Of a stretch of 64,000 nt of DNA, positions 54,985 through 64,000 are shown piece after piece. The notes beneath the pieces are model-generated. The model was not told the origin of the DNA. It did not search any database and saw nothing but the letters and a program-made list of their open reading frames with translations. Each line of letters starts with the position of its first letter. Position 1 is the stretch's first letter. Both the position numbers and the translations under genes were made by a program. Origin of the DNA: Polaromonas sp. (GTDB lineage: Bacteria; Pseudomonadota; Gammaproteobacteria; Burkholderiales; Burkholderiaceae_C); assembly GCA_038902975.1 (NCBI GenBank), contig JBCKMZ010000001.1, positions 14,592 through 78,591 on the forward strand, read 5' to 3'.

Positions 54985-56004
54985 CTATTGAGTGTCTGAC
55001 CCCTCTAATTCTAGAAAGGAAAAACGTTGGCTGCCCGTGATGCCACACCCTAAACCCGACAGCCGCACTTTGGCCTCGTTGTATTCACGCCTGAGCTGCT
55101 CGATAAACGCTGCGACGCTTTGCACCTTGGTCACTGCGCCAATGCCCTGACCGCAACCCCAGATGTCTTTCCAGGCTTTGGTTTTGTCAGCGCCAAAGTT
55201 CATGGCGCTGGCGTCGCTGGTGGGCAGGTTGTCGGGGTCCAGGCCCGCTGAACGAATCGACGGCGCGAGGTAGTTGCCGTGTACGCCTGTAAATAAGTTG
55301 CTGTAGACAATGGCGTCGGAATTGCTGTCAACAATAGCCTGCTTGTAGTCGTTTGCAGCGCGTGCTTCATCAGTGGCGATAAAGGCCGAACCAATATAGG
55401 CAAAGTCCGCGCCCATGGCTTGTGCGGCCAGTACCGCAGCGCCGGTGGCGATGGCACCCGACAGCGCAATCGGGCCGTCAAACCACTGGCGGATTTCCTG
55501 GATCAATGCGAACGGGCTTTTCACACCCGCGTGGCCACCTGCTCCAGCCGCCACGGCTATCAGGCCATCAGCGCCTTTTTCAATCGCCTTGCGGGCATGT
55601 TTGATGTTGATGATGTCGTGCAACACCACGCCGCCATAGCTGTGCGCTGCAGCGTTGATGTCTTCACGTGCGCCCAGGCTGGTGATGATGATGGGCACCT
55701 TGTACTTGACGCACAGGGCCATGTCGTGCTCCAGCCTGTCGTTGGACTTGTGGACGATCTGGTTGATGGCAAAGGGGGCGGCGGGCTTGTCGGGGTTGGC
55801 TTTGTTGTAGGCAGCCAGCGTTTCGGTGATCTCGATCAGCCACTCTTCAAGCTGCGCGGCAGGCCGGGAATTGAGAGCTGGCATGGCACCCACCACACCT
55901 GCGATGCACTGTGCAATGACCAGCTTGGGGTTGCTGATGATGAAGAGCGGCGCGCCAATGATGGGCAGTGGCAAGTTGTGGAGTGGCGGGGGGAGCTTGG
56001 ACAT
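54985..56004 (-). CDS. Nitronate monooxygenase / FabK-like flavin oxidoreductase
   Basis: APLFIIS, GAGGHAG, YIGSAFIAT, DIWGCGQG; tail runs into a REP half-site. Confidence 0.9.
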   Translation of the reverse strand: MSKLPPPLHNLPLPIIGAPLFIISNPKLVIAQCIAGVVGAMPALNSRPAAQLEEWLIEITETLAAYNKANPDKPAAPFAINQIVHKSNDRLEHDMALCVKYKVPIIITSLGAREDINAAAHSYGGVVLHDIINIKHARKAIEKGADGLIAVAAGAGGHAGVKSPFALIQEIRQWFDGPIALSGAIATGAAVLAAQAMGADFAYIGSAFIATDEARAANDYKQAIVDSNSDAIVYSNLFTGVHGNYLAPSIRSAGLDPDNLPTSDASAMNFGADKTKAWKDIWGCGQGIGAVTKVQSVAAFIEQLRREYNEAKVRLSGLGCGITGSQRFSFLELEGSDTQ

Positions 56005-56005
56005 A

Positions 56006-56148
56006 AGGCACTTCTATAAATTCATTTTTCGGGCGAATTGCGTCGTTGGGCGGTACTCGCAATCCTCACGTACCTGAAGTACGTTCCGGTTGCTGCGTTC
56101 CGTCCGCCTTGCACTTCATCCCGAAAATCTGAATTTCTAGAAGTGCCC
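56006..56148. repeat. 143-bp palindromic MITE/RPE1-like element, copy 3
   Basis: TIRs aggcacttctataaattca / tgaatttctagaagtgccc; ends 1 bp from the ATG at 56004. Confidence 0.9.
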
Positions 56149-56171
56149 ATAAGTTGCTTGCAGAGGGTTAT

Positions 56172-57986
56172 TTAAAACGCCTCCAGTGCCAGCGCTGTTA
56201 CGCAGTCAGCACCTTCGACAATGCTGTCGCGCATGCCCGGCGCTTTGGTCAGCAGGTGGTCGGCGTAAAAACGTGCGGTGATAATTTTGGCTTGCATGAA
56301 AGCGCTATCAACACCCTGCGCCAACTGCTCTTGCGCAACCAGTAGCGAGCGGCCCATCTGCCAGCCAGCAAGCACATTGCCAGCCAGCATCAGGTAGGGC
56401 ACGCTGCCCGCGAACACGGCGTTCGGGCTGGCTTTGGCGGACCCGTCAGGGGCCTTGCCAAGCCCGCCGACCACAAAGTCAACCACATCGACAAACGCCT
56501 CACGCGCAGCCTTCAGGCGCCTGGCCATCGCCACCGCATCAGGGCTGCCCTGCCGGGTCAATTCGTTTTCGGTGGCCTCGATCTGCTTGGCAATCGCCTT
56601 GGCCGTCTGGCCACCATCGCGCGAAGTTTTGCGGCCGATCAAGTCATTCGCCTGGATCGCAGTGGTGCCTTCGTAAATCGTCAGGATTTTCGCGTCGCGG
56701 TAGTACTGCGCCGCACCGGTTTCTTCGATAAAACCCATGCCGCCATGCACCTGCACGCCGAGCGATGTGACTTCAAGACTCATCTCGGTGCTGTAGCCCT
56801 TGACCAGCGGCACCATGAATTCGTAAAACGCCAGGTTCTGTTTGCGCACGTCCGCATCAGGGTGGTGGTGCGACGCATCGTAGGCCGCAGCAGCAACCGA
56901 GGCCATGGCGCGGCAGCCTTCGATGTAGGCGCGCATGGTCATCAACATGCGCTTGACATCGGGGTGATGAATGATGGGCGCACTGGCCTTGATGGAACCA
57001 TCAACCGGGCGGCTCTGCACGCGGTCTTTTGCAAACGTCACAGCCTTTTGGTAGGCGCGCTCGGCAATCGCTACGCCCTGCACTCCAACCGCGTACCGGG
57101 CTGCAGTCATCATGATGAACATGTACTCCAAGCCACGGTTTTCTTCGCCAACGATGTAACCCACAGCACCGCCGTTGTCGCCGTATTGCAGCACTGCTGT
57201 TGGTGATGCCTTGATGCCCATCTTGTGCTCGATGCTGACGCAATGCACGTCGTTGCGTGCGCCCAGCGAACCATCTTTGCCGACCATGAACTTCGGCACC
57301 ACAAACAGGCTGATGCCCTTCACGCCTTCGGGCGCACCGCTCACGCGCGCCAGCACCATATGCACAATGTTTTCGGCCATGTCGTGCTCACCGTAGGTGA
57401 TGAAAATCTTGGTGCCGAAAACCTTGTAGCTGCCGTCGGATTGCGGCTCGGCCCTGGAGCGGACTGCCGCCAGGTCAGAGCCGGCCTGTGGCTCGGTCAA
57501 ATTCATGGTGCCTGTCCACTGGCCGCTGACCAGCTTCTCCAGATAGACCGCCTTGAGCTCGTCCGAGCCGGCGGTCAGCAGTGCTTCAATCGCGCCATCA
57601 CTGAGCAGCGGGCACAGCGCAAAACTCAGGTTGGCCGAATTGAACATTTCGCCGCACGCCGCACCAATGGTTTTGGGCAGGCCCTGACCGCCATAGTCAA
57701 GCGGATGTTGCAGGCCCTGCCAGCCACCTTCAGCGTATTGCCTGAAGGCCTCCTTAAAGCCGGGCGTGGTGGTGACCACACCGTCCTTGAAGCTTGAAGG
57801 GTTCTTGTCGCCTTCCCAATTTAACGGTGACAGTACGCCCTCATTGAACTTGGCGCACTCTTCCAGCACCGCCTGGGTAGTTTCAAAACCGGCATCTTCA
57901 AAGTCCGGGATTTTTGCGATCTGCTCGATGTTGGCCAGGTACTTGATGTCAAACAGCATGTCCTTGAGGGGGGCTTTATAAGTCAT
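56172..57986 (-). CDS. Acyl-CoA dehydrogenase (~600-aa type)
   Basis: GTMNLTEPQAGSDL, EHKMGIKASPT, QVHGGMGFIEE, IYEGTT. Confidence 0.95.
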   Translation of the reverse strand: MTYKAPLKDMLFDIKYLANIEQIAKIPDFEDAGFETTQAVLEECAKFNEGVLSPLNWEGDKNPSSFKDGVVTTTPGFKEAFRQYAEGGWQGLQHPLDYGGQGLPKTIGAACGEMFNSANLSFALCPLLSDGAIEALLTAGSDELKAVYLEKLVSGQWTGTMNLTEPQAGSDLAAVRSRAEPQSDGSYKVFGTKIFITYGEHDMAENIVHMVLARVSGAPEGVKGISLFVVPKFMVGKDGSLGARNDVHCVSIEHKMGIKASPTAVLQYGDNGGAVGYIVGEENRGLEYMFIMMTAARYAVGVQGVAIAERAYQKAVTFAKDRVQSRPVDGSIKASAPIIHHPDVKRMLMTMRAYIEGCRAMASVAAAAYDASHHHPDADVRKQNLAFYEFMVPLVKGYSTEMSLEVTSLGVQVHGGMGFIEETGAAQYYRDAKILTIYEGTTAIQANDLIGRKTSRDGGQTAKAIAKQIEATENELTRQGSPDAVAMARRLKAAREAFVDVVDFVVGGLGKAPDGSAKASPNAVFAGSVPYLMLAGNVLAGWQMGRSLLVAQEQLAQGVDSAFMQAKIITARFYADHLLTKAPGMRDSIVEGADCVTALALEAF

Positions 57987-57994
57987 GGACACCT

Positions 57995-58927
57995 CTACAA
58001 CGCAGCAACCAGTTCAGGCACCGCCGTGAACAAATCGGCCACCAGGCCGTAATCAGCCACCGAGAAAATCGGGGCTTCTTCATCCTTGTTGATAGCCACA
58101 ATGACCTTGCTGTCCTTCATGCCGGCCAGGTGCTGGATGGCACCCGAAATACCGACAGCGATATAGAGCTGAGGCGCGACGATCTTGCCGGTCTGGCCGA
58201 CTTGCCAGTCGTTGGGCGCATAGCCCGCATCAACTGCAGCGCGTGACGCACCCAGTGCCGCGCCGAGCTTGTCGGCCAGTGGTGTCAGCACGGCGTTGAA
58301 CTTTTCGGCAGAACCGAATGCGCGGCCACCCGATACGATGATCTTGGCGGCCGTCAGTTCGGGTCTGTCGTTCTTGGCAATTTCTGAACCCACAAAAGTT
58401 GATTTGCCGCTGTCAGCAACGCCTGCAAGTGTCTCAATCGCAGCCGCGCCACCGCTAGCCGCCGCAGCATCAAAGCCGGTCGTGCGAACCGTGATGACTT
58501 TGGTGGCATCGAGGCTTTGCACCGTCAAGATGGCACTGCCGGCATAGATCGGGCGCTCAAAGGTGTCAGCCGAATCGACCTTGGTCACGTCAGAAATCTG
58601 GCCCACATCCAGCAGCGCAGCAACGCGCGGGGCGATGTTTTTACCCGATGCAGTAGACGGAAACAGGATGTGCGAATAGCTAGATGCAATGACCAGCACC
58701 TGGGCGGCCATGTTCTCGGCCAGGCCGTGGGCGAAATGATCGCCTTCGACGTGGATGACTTTGGCAACGCCGGCAATTTGCGCGGCGGCTTTGGCTGCGC
58801 CTTCTGCGCCCTTGCCTGCTACCAGGACATGAACCTCACCACCACACTGGATGGCTGCGGTGACGGTGTTCAGTGTTGCGGGCTTGATGCTGGCGTTGTT
58901 GTGTTCTGCGATTACGAGTGAGGTCAT
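57995..58927 (-). CDS. etfA: Electron transfer flavoprotein alpha
   Basis: [29 protein letters not shown]. Confidence 0.97.
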   Translation of the reverse strand: MTSLVIAEHNNASIKPATLNTVTAAIQCGGEVHVLVAGKGAEGAAKAAAQIAGVAKVIHVEGDHFAHGLAENMAAQVLVIASSYSHILFPSTASGKNIAPRVAALLDVGQISDVTKVDSADTFERPIYAGSAILTVQSLDATKVITVRTTGFDAAAASGGAAAIETLAGVADSGKSTFVGSEIAKNDRPELTAAKIIVSGGRAFGSAEKFNAVLTPLADKLGAALGASRAAVDAGYAPNDWQVGQTGKIVAPQLYIAVGISGAIQHLAGMKDSKVIVAINKDEEAPIFSVADYGLVADLFTAVPELVAAL

Positions 58928-58938
58928 GTCATCAGTCC

Positions 58939-59688
58939 TTAAATTACCTTGGCTTCGTTGCGGAGCTTGTCAACCAACGCGGCAACGTCGGCGACCTTGA
59001 TACCGGCGCTGCGCTTGGGCGGCTCGCTGACCTTGAGCGTCTTGATGCGCGGCTTGACATCAACACCGAGGTCTTCAGGCTTGAAGTTGTCCATCTGCTT
59101 TTTCTTGGCCTTCATGATGTTGGGCAGCGTGACGTAGCGCGGCTCATTAAGGCGCAGGTCAGTCGTGATGATGGCTGGCAGGCTGAGCGACAGTATCTCA
59201 AGACCGCCATCAACCTCGCGGGTGACCTTGACTTTGTCACCTTCCACTTCGACTTTCGATGCAAACGTAGCCTGTGGCCAGCCCAGCAGTGCGGCCAGCA
59301 TTTGGCCGGTCTGGTTGCAGTCATCATCAATCGCCTGCTTGCCGAGGATGACGAGCTGGGGCTGCTCTTTTTCGACCAGTGCCTTGAGCAGCTTGGCAAC
59401 GGCCAGTGGTTGCAGCTCTTCTTCGGTTTCAACCAGAATGGCGCGGTCAGCACCAATGGCCATGGCGGTGCGCAGGGTTTCCTGGCACTTGAGCACGCCG
59501 CAACTAACAGCGATGACTTCGACCGCAACGCCCTTTTCTTTCAGGCGCATGGCTTCTTCAATCGCGATCTCGTCAAACGGGTTCATGCTCATTTTGACGT
59601 TGGCGATATCGACACCGGTGCCATCGGATTTGACGCGGACTTTGACGTTGAAGTCGACTACACGTTTAACAGGGACCAAGACCTTCAT
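58939..59688 (-). CDS. etfB: Electron transfer flavoprotein beta
   Basis: [24 protein letters not shown]. Confidence 0.97.
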   Translation of the reverse strand: MKVLVPVKRVVDFNVKVRVKSDGTGVDIANVKMSMNPFDEIAIEEAMRLKEKGVAVEVIAVSCGVLKCQETLRTAMAIGADRAILVETEEELQPLAVAKLLKALVEKEQPQLVILGKQAIDDDCNQTGQMLAALLGWPQATFASKVEVEGDKVKVTREVDGGLEILSLSLPAIITTDLRLNEPRYVTLPNIMKAKKKQMDNFKPEDLGVDVKPRIKTLKVSEPPKRSAGIKVADVAALVDKLRNEAKVI

Positions 59689-59781
59689 TGCGCGGCTCCA
59701 GAGTTTATTGATTGAGGGTTTGGGGAGTCAGCCGCCAATAACCCCATGTAAAGGTAAACCCTGCATTCTATGCTGGGGCCA

Positions 59782-61134
59782 TCAGGATTTTGCAGCGGCT
59801 GCCGCATGCACCACCCGCTGCGGAAACGGAATCTCCACCCGATTCGCCCGCAGTGCTTTCAAGATGTTGAGATTGATGCACGAGCGCAGGTTTTGCTGGC
59901 CGTTTTCAGGGTCTGTCATCCAGTAATTGAGGGTGAATTCAAGCCCGTCAGCGCCGAAATTGGTCAGATGGGCACTCGGCACCGGCTCACGCTCCACACG
60001 GTCTTGTGCCAGGGCGGCATCGCTCAGCAGGCGCATCACCAGCTCAACATCGCTGTCGTAGCCCACCGAGACCACCGTGGTCTGCAGCACTTGCGAATCG
60101 GACAGCGACAGGTTTTCAATCCGGTTGCTGATGAACATCTCGTTGGGCACGATGGACTCGCGCCCCGACAGCGCGCGCACCACGGTGTAGCGCGCATTGA
60201 TGTCAGTGATGCGGCCCTCAAAGTTGTCTATGCGGATGTTGTCGCCTATGCGCACGCTGCGCTCGGCCAGCATGACAAAGCCGCTGACATAACTGGCAGC
60301 GAGTTTTTGCAGGCCAAAGCCGACACCCACACCAATCGCACCACCCAGTACCGACAGCGCCGTCATATCAATGCCGACCGAGGACAACGCCAGCAGCAGG
60401 CCGACAAACATCAACACCGCACGCACCGCATTGCTCACCGCCTTGCGCAGCGACAGCTCGCTGCCGGTGGCCGAACGCAGCAGCCGCGACTCAATGGATG
60501 ATGCAATCCACAGCGTGATCAAAAGCACCACGCCAGCCGTCAGCGCGCCTTCCAGTAGGGTGCGCAGCGACAGGCTCGAATGCCCGACTTTCCACTTGAT
60601 GCCATCCAATTCCTCCAGCAGGACGGGCAGCAAACCACTGACCCAGAGCACCATGGCCAGCCAGGCAAGCCATGAGAACGTTCGCTCCAGCGCCCGCACC
60701 CACGGTGCATTTTTAAATGCGGTCTGCAGCACCTTGACACTGAGGCGAATCAGCGCCAGAGCCAGCAACGCCGGCAGCGCCACCTTGTAAATGGCCAGTG
60801 GCAGCACTTGTGCCAACCAGCCTTTGCTCAAATAGGCCAACAGCAGCAACAGTAGCGGAAACAGCACGCCATCAACGATGCGCTTGCCAAACAGGATGGA
60901 CAAGTCGCCCGCTTCGTGCCCCTGCCTCTCATGCCCCTGCATCACGCGCTGGAGCAGGCGAGTCAGCACCCAGGCCAGCAGCCCGCAGCCAATCAATGCT
61001 GCCAGCTCGGTCAATGATGCTGGCTGAAGCAGCGCGGCAAGCCATTCGTCCAGGGTATCAACCCTGGACGGCACACGCGAGCTGGAGCCGAACGGGAAGC
61101 TTGACATATGGGTGAAATAACCAGTTGCGTTCAT
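59782..61134 (-). CDS. MscS-family mechanosensitive channel
   Basis: GAIGVGVGFGLQ, IVPNEMF, IPFPQR; start uncertain. Confidence 0.9.
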   Translation of the reverse strand: MNATGYFTHMSSFPFGSSSRVPSRVDTLDEWLAALLQPASLTELAALIGCGLLAWVLTRLLQRVMQGHERQGHEAGDLSILFGKRIVDGVLFPLLLLLLAYLSKGWLAQVLPLAIYKVALPALLALALIRLSVKVLQTAFKNAPWVRALERTFSWLAWLAMVLWVSGLLPVLLEELDGIKWKVGHSSLSLRTLLEGALTAGVVLLITLWIASSIESRLLRSATGSELSLRKAVSNAVRAVLMFVGLLLALSSVGIDMTALSVLGGAIGVGVGFGLQKLAASYVSGFVMLAERSVRIGDNIRIDNFEGRITDINARYTVVRALSGRESIVPNEMFISNRIENLSLSDSQVLQTTVVSVGYDSDVELVMRLLSDAALAQDRVEREPVPSAHLTNFGADGLEFTLNYWMTDPENGQQNLRSCINLNILKALRANRVEIPFPQRVVHAAAAAKS

Positions 61135-61149
61135 GTCGTGAAACTTTTT

Positions 61150-61249
61150 AGGAAATGGGGGTCAGACACCAATTTCGCTGCGGCGTGTCGCGCCGACCCT
61201 GCGGGCGAACTGAAGGCTCGGCGAATTTGGGCTCTGAGCCCCAATTCCT
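61150..61249. repeat. REP doublet (REPIN-like), ggggtcagac family
   Basis: aggaaatgggggtcagacaccaatttcgc ... gcgaatttgggctctgagccccaattcct. Confidence 0.8.
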
Positions 61250-61412
61250 CCCGAAAAAATTCAAATGTAGGTCAAATAAAAACTCCAAGCACTTTTAAAT
61301 CAGCTTAACACGGCCATCTATGATTGGCGAGTTCGACAGAGTCAGTTAAAGTGGCAGCGTCAGTCAAAACAGAAATTAGCCGAGTTCAAGCACCGATCCG
61401 ACCCGGAAAAAC

Positions 61413-63065
61413 ATGCCACATCCGCCACATCCCAAAACTCATCAACCGCGAATTGTTCTGATCGCGGGAACCATTCTGATGGTCGTTACCCTGCTGGTGG
61501 GCGTAACCGTCTTTGTGGTCATGCAGCGTCAAGCAGAGTTGCATGTACCCGTGTGGGACCAGCTGCGCTATCTGATTCCGCTTCTGGCTGGCGGGCTTGT
61601 CATCGCGCTGCTGTTGCTGCGTTGGCTGCTCGCCCCGCTGGTGCTCAAGCTGGTGCGCTCGGAAGCGGAAGCGGCGCAGCGCACCACTGCGCTGACCGAG
61701 GAGATCACCGCCCGCAAGCAGGCAGAAGACCGACTGAATTACCTTGCGAAGAATGACGCTCTGACCGGGCTGCCCAACCGCGTGCTGTTCAAAGAGCGTC
61801 TCGAACAGGCCATGCTAAAGGCCAAAGAGGCCAAAGGTCACGAAGGAATGGTGGCGGTGGTGTTTCTGGACCTGGTCCGTTTCAAGAACGTCAACGACAC
61901 GCTCGGGCACGATGCTGGCGACCAGATGCTCAAAGAGGTGGGCCAGCGCCTGCTGGGGACTGTGCCTAGCGGCGACACCGTAGCGCGGCTGTCGGGCGAC
62001 GAGTTCACGATCGTGCTGACCGACATAGCGGACGAGGGCGATGCGGCGCGCGTGGCGCAGAAGATTCTCCACGCCTTCGAGCCGCCGTTTCACATCGCCG
62101 GACGCGAGTTGGTCATGGGCGCAAGCCTTGGCATCGCGATATTCCCGCTTCACACGGGCGACGCGAACAAGCTGCTGAGCTACGCCGATCTCGCCATGTA
62201 CAGCGCCAAGGCGGCAGGCGGCAACCGCTATCAGTTCTATGCCGCGGAGATGACCACCCAGGCTGTGAACGCGTTGGCGCTGGAAAACGATCTGCGCCAG
62301 GGCCTTGAACGCGGTGAGTTCTTCCTGAACTACCAGCCGATTGTCGACGCTGGCGGCAACATTGTGGGCGCCGAAGCCCTGCTGCGCTGGCAGCACGGTC
62401 GGCGCGGGCTGATTTCGCCGGCGAGATTTATTTCGCTGGCCGAGACCACCGGTCTGATCCTGCCGATCGGCGAGTGGGTGCTGCGCCAGGCCTGTATCCA
62501 GGCGACGGCCTGGTGCAAGCCGAATGGCGCGTTGTTGCGTATGACGGTGAATGTTTCGCCACGCCAGTTCAAGCATGGCGACCTGGCGAAGACCCTAGCG
62601 ACGATCCTGGCAGAGACCGGGCTCGCCCCGACTGCCCTCGATCTCGAGATCACCGAGGGCGTCCTGATGCAGGGGGAAACGTTGGCACAGGAATTGTTTT
62701 ATCAGCTCAGCGAACTCGGCATCTCCTTTGCGATTGACGACTTCGGCACCGGCTTCTCGAACTTTTCTTATTTAAAGCGTTTCCCGATTAACAGTCTGAA
62801 GATCGATCAGGCTTTCATTCGAGACCTCATCACCGATCCGAACGATGCTGCGATTGTGAAGGCCATCATCAGCATGGCGCAGAGTCTGGGCATCAAGACC
62901 ATCGCCGAAGGGGTGGAAACCCTGGAGCAGAAGGAGTTTCTGCTGGCGTACGGCTGCGACCTCATGCAAGGCTATTATTTCAGCCGCCCGCTCTTGCCGG
63001 AGGCGTTTACGGCGCTGCTCGATGCCAGTAAACCCCTGCTCGGTAACGATTCAGGCGGTTCCTGA
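61413..63065 (+). CDS. Membrane-anchored GGDEF-EAL protein
   Basis: DALTGLPNR, SGDEF, EALLRW, DDFGTGFS, QGYYFSRP; two TM helices with a very short linker. Confidence 0.95.
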   Translation: MPHPPHPKTHQPRIVLIAGTILMVVTLLVGVTVFVVMQRQAELHVPVWDQLRYLIPLLAGGLVIALLLLRWLLAPLVLKLVRSEAEAAQRTTALTEEITARKQAEDRLNYLAKNDALTGLPNRVLFKERLEQAMLKAKEAKGHEGMVAVVFLDLVRFKNVNDTLGHDAGDQMLKEVGQRLLGTVPSGDTVARLSGDEFTIVLTDIADEGDAARVAQKILHAFEPPFHIAGRELVMGASLGIAIFPLHTGDANKLLSYADLAMYSAKAAGGNRYQFYAAEMTTQAVNALALENDLRQGLERGEFFLNYQPIVDAGGNIVGAEALLRWQHGRRGLISPARFISLAETTGLILPIGEWVLRQACIQATAWCKPNGALLRMTVNVSPRQFKHGDLAKTLATILAETGLAPTALDLEITEGVLMQGETLAQELFYQLSELGISFAIDDFGTGFSNFSYLKRFPINSLKIDQAFIRDLITDPNDAAIVKAIISMAQSLGIKTIAEGVETLEQKEFLLAYGCDLMQGYYFSRPLLPEAFTALLDASKPLLGNDSGGS

Positions 63066-64000
63066 TGGCCTGGAGTTATTGGGGTCAGACACCGGAAGTT
63101 ATTGGGGTCAGACACCAATTTTGCAATGTCAGGTTTGCGCTGGTGTTCATGGTATTCACGCTCATTCTCGCGTCACCCGGCACTGCAAAACCGGTTAAAA
63201 AAACTGTAGCTACAAAGCCCACGTCAGCCCAGGGCCCACTTTACGCCACGCGGGTAGAAGCCATGCAATTTGCAGACGACGTGGCAGCAAGGCGCGATCT
63301 TGATCCGGCATGGGTGCGCGATGCGATTGGCCAGGCACGTTACAACGCAACCGTTGCACGGCTCATGCAACCAGCAGAAAAATCCTTTATTAAAAACTGG
63401 CGCGTGTACCGCAGCCGCTTCATTGACCCAATCCGCATTGCAGCAGGTGTGAAGTTCTGGCGTGACAACCAAAGCACGCTTGAACGCGCAGAAAAAGCAT
63501 ACGGCGTACCGCCAGAAATCATCGTCGGCATCATAGGCGTTGAAACGATTTATGGCCGAGACACCGGCAACTTTCGCGTCATGGATGCCATCACCACGCT
63601 CGCCTTTGACTTCCCCTCCAAGCACCCGCACGCCAAAGAGCGCAGCGAGTTTTTCAAGGGTGAAATCGAGCAGTTTCTGACCCTGCAAAGCCGCCGGGGC
63701 GCTGATCCGTTTACAGCCAAAGGCAGCTACGCCGGTGCCATGGGCATGCCCCAGTTCATGCCATCCAGCCGGGCCAAATACGCGATTGATTTTGATGGTG
63801 ATGGCAAAGTCGATTTATGGGGCAGTCCGGGAGATGTGATCGGCTCCGTCGCCAACTACTTCAAAGCCTTCAACTGGCAACCCGGTATGCCCACCCATTA
63901 CCCGGTGAGCTTTGACAACAGCCGCCTGGACATGAACGCCTTGACGGCACCAGACATCTTGCCCACGTTTAGCGTTGCGAGTTTTACCGCGAAAGGCGCA
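63065..64000 (+). CDS. mltB: Lytic murein transglycosylase B (runs off the window; start 63065 or 63149)
   Basis: Hand translation: YGVPPEIIVGIIGVETIYGR, GSYAGAMGMPQFMPSS, DFDGDG. Confidence 0.92.
   Translation, partial: MAWSYWGQTPEVIGVRHQFCNVRFALVFMVFTLILASPGTAKPVKKTVATKPTSAQGPLYATRVEAMQFADDVAARRDLDPAWVRDAIGQARYNATVARLMQPAEKSFIKNWRVYRSRFIDPIRIAAGVKFWRDNQSTLERAEKAYGVPPEIIVGIIGVETIYGRDTGNFRVMDAITTLAFDFPSKHPHAKERSEFFKGEIEQFLTLQSRRGADPFTAKGSYAGAMGMPQFMPSSRAKYAIDFDGDGKVDLWGSPGDVIGSVANYFKAFNWQPGMPTHYPVSFDNSRLDMNALTAPDILPTFSVASFTAKGA
63074..63116. repeat. Tandem REP half-sites
   Basis: agttattggggtcagacacc twice, period 23. Confidence 0.85.

Noticed and set aside
63074-63116. Mini-CRISPR
   Set aside because: Two 20-bp units separated by 3 nt that match the REP family found elsewhere in the window

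Overview
GC-rich betaproteobacterial chromosome, probably Comamonadaceae (Polaromonas/Rhodoferax-like, judged from gene content). The backbone is folC-dedD-cvpA-purF, a TRAP transporter, iscRS, uvrB, an aminotransferase, phaZ, a propionyl-CoA/methylmalonyl-CoA operon, dusA, etfAB, mscS and mltB. Four regions stand out. (1) A ~13 kb copper-resistance cluster (CDF transporter, TolC, multicopper oxidase, cupredoxin, DUF411, CusF-like, CusCBA, PCuAC) with no regulator gene, directly abutting (2) a complete selenoneine cluster senA/senB/selD(senC). (3) An integrase-less integron cassette array at 36174-40563. One attC carries both an RT-deleted group IIC-attC intron and a 157-bp MITE, and two attC sites have collapsed to their core ends. 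(4) The pccB-pccA interval, with a 370-bp diverged duplication whose pccB tail differs almost only at silent sites, a lone integron cassette inserted at a non-integron G/TT site whose empty copy lies next door, and a duplicated pccA start as a 42-codon leader ORF. There are also several palindromic repeat families, a toxin gene with a nonsense codon and several apparent deletions. I saw no tRNA, rRNA or CRISPR array. Family assignments come from motif recognition by eye, not database searches.
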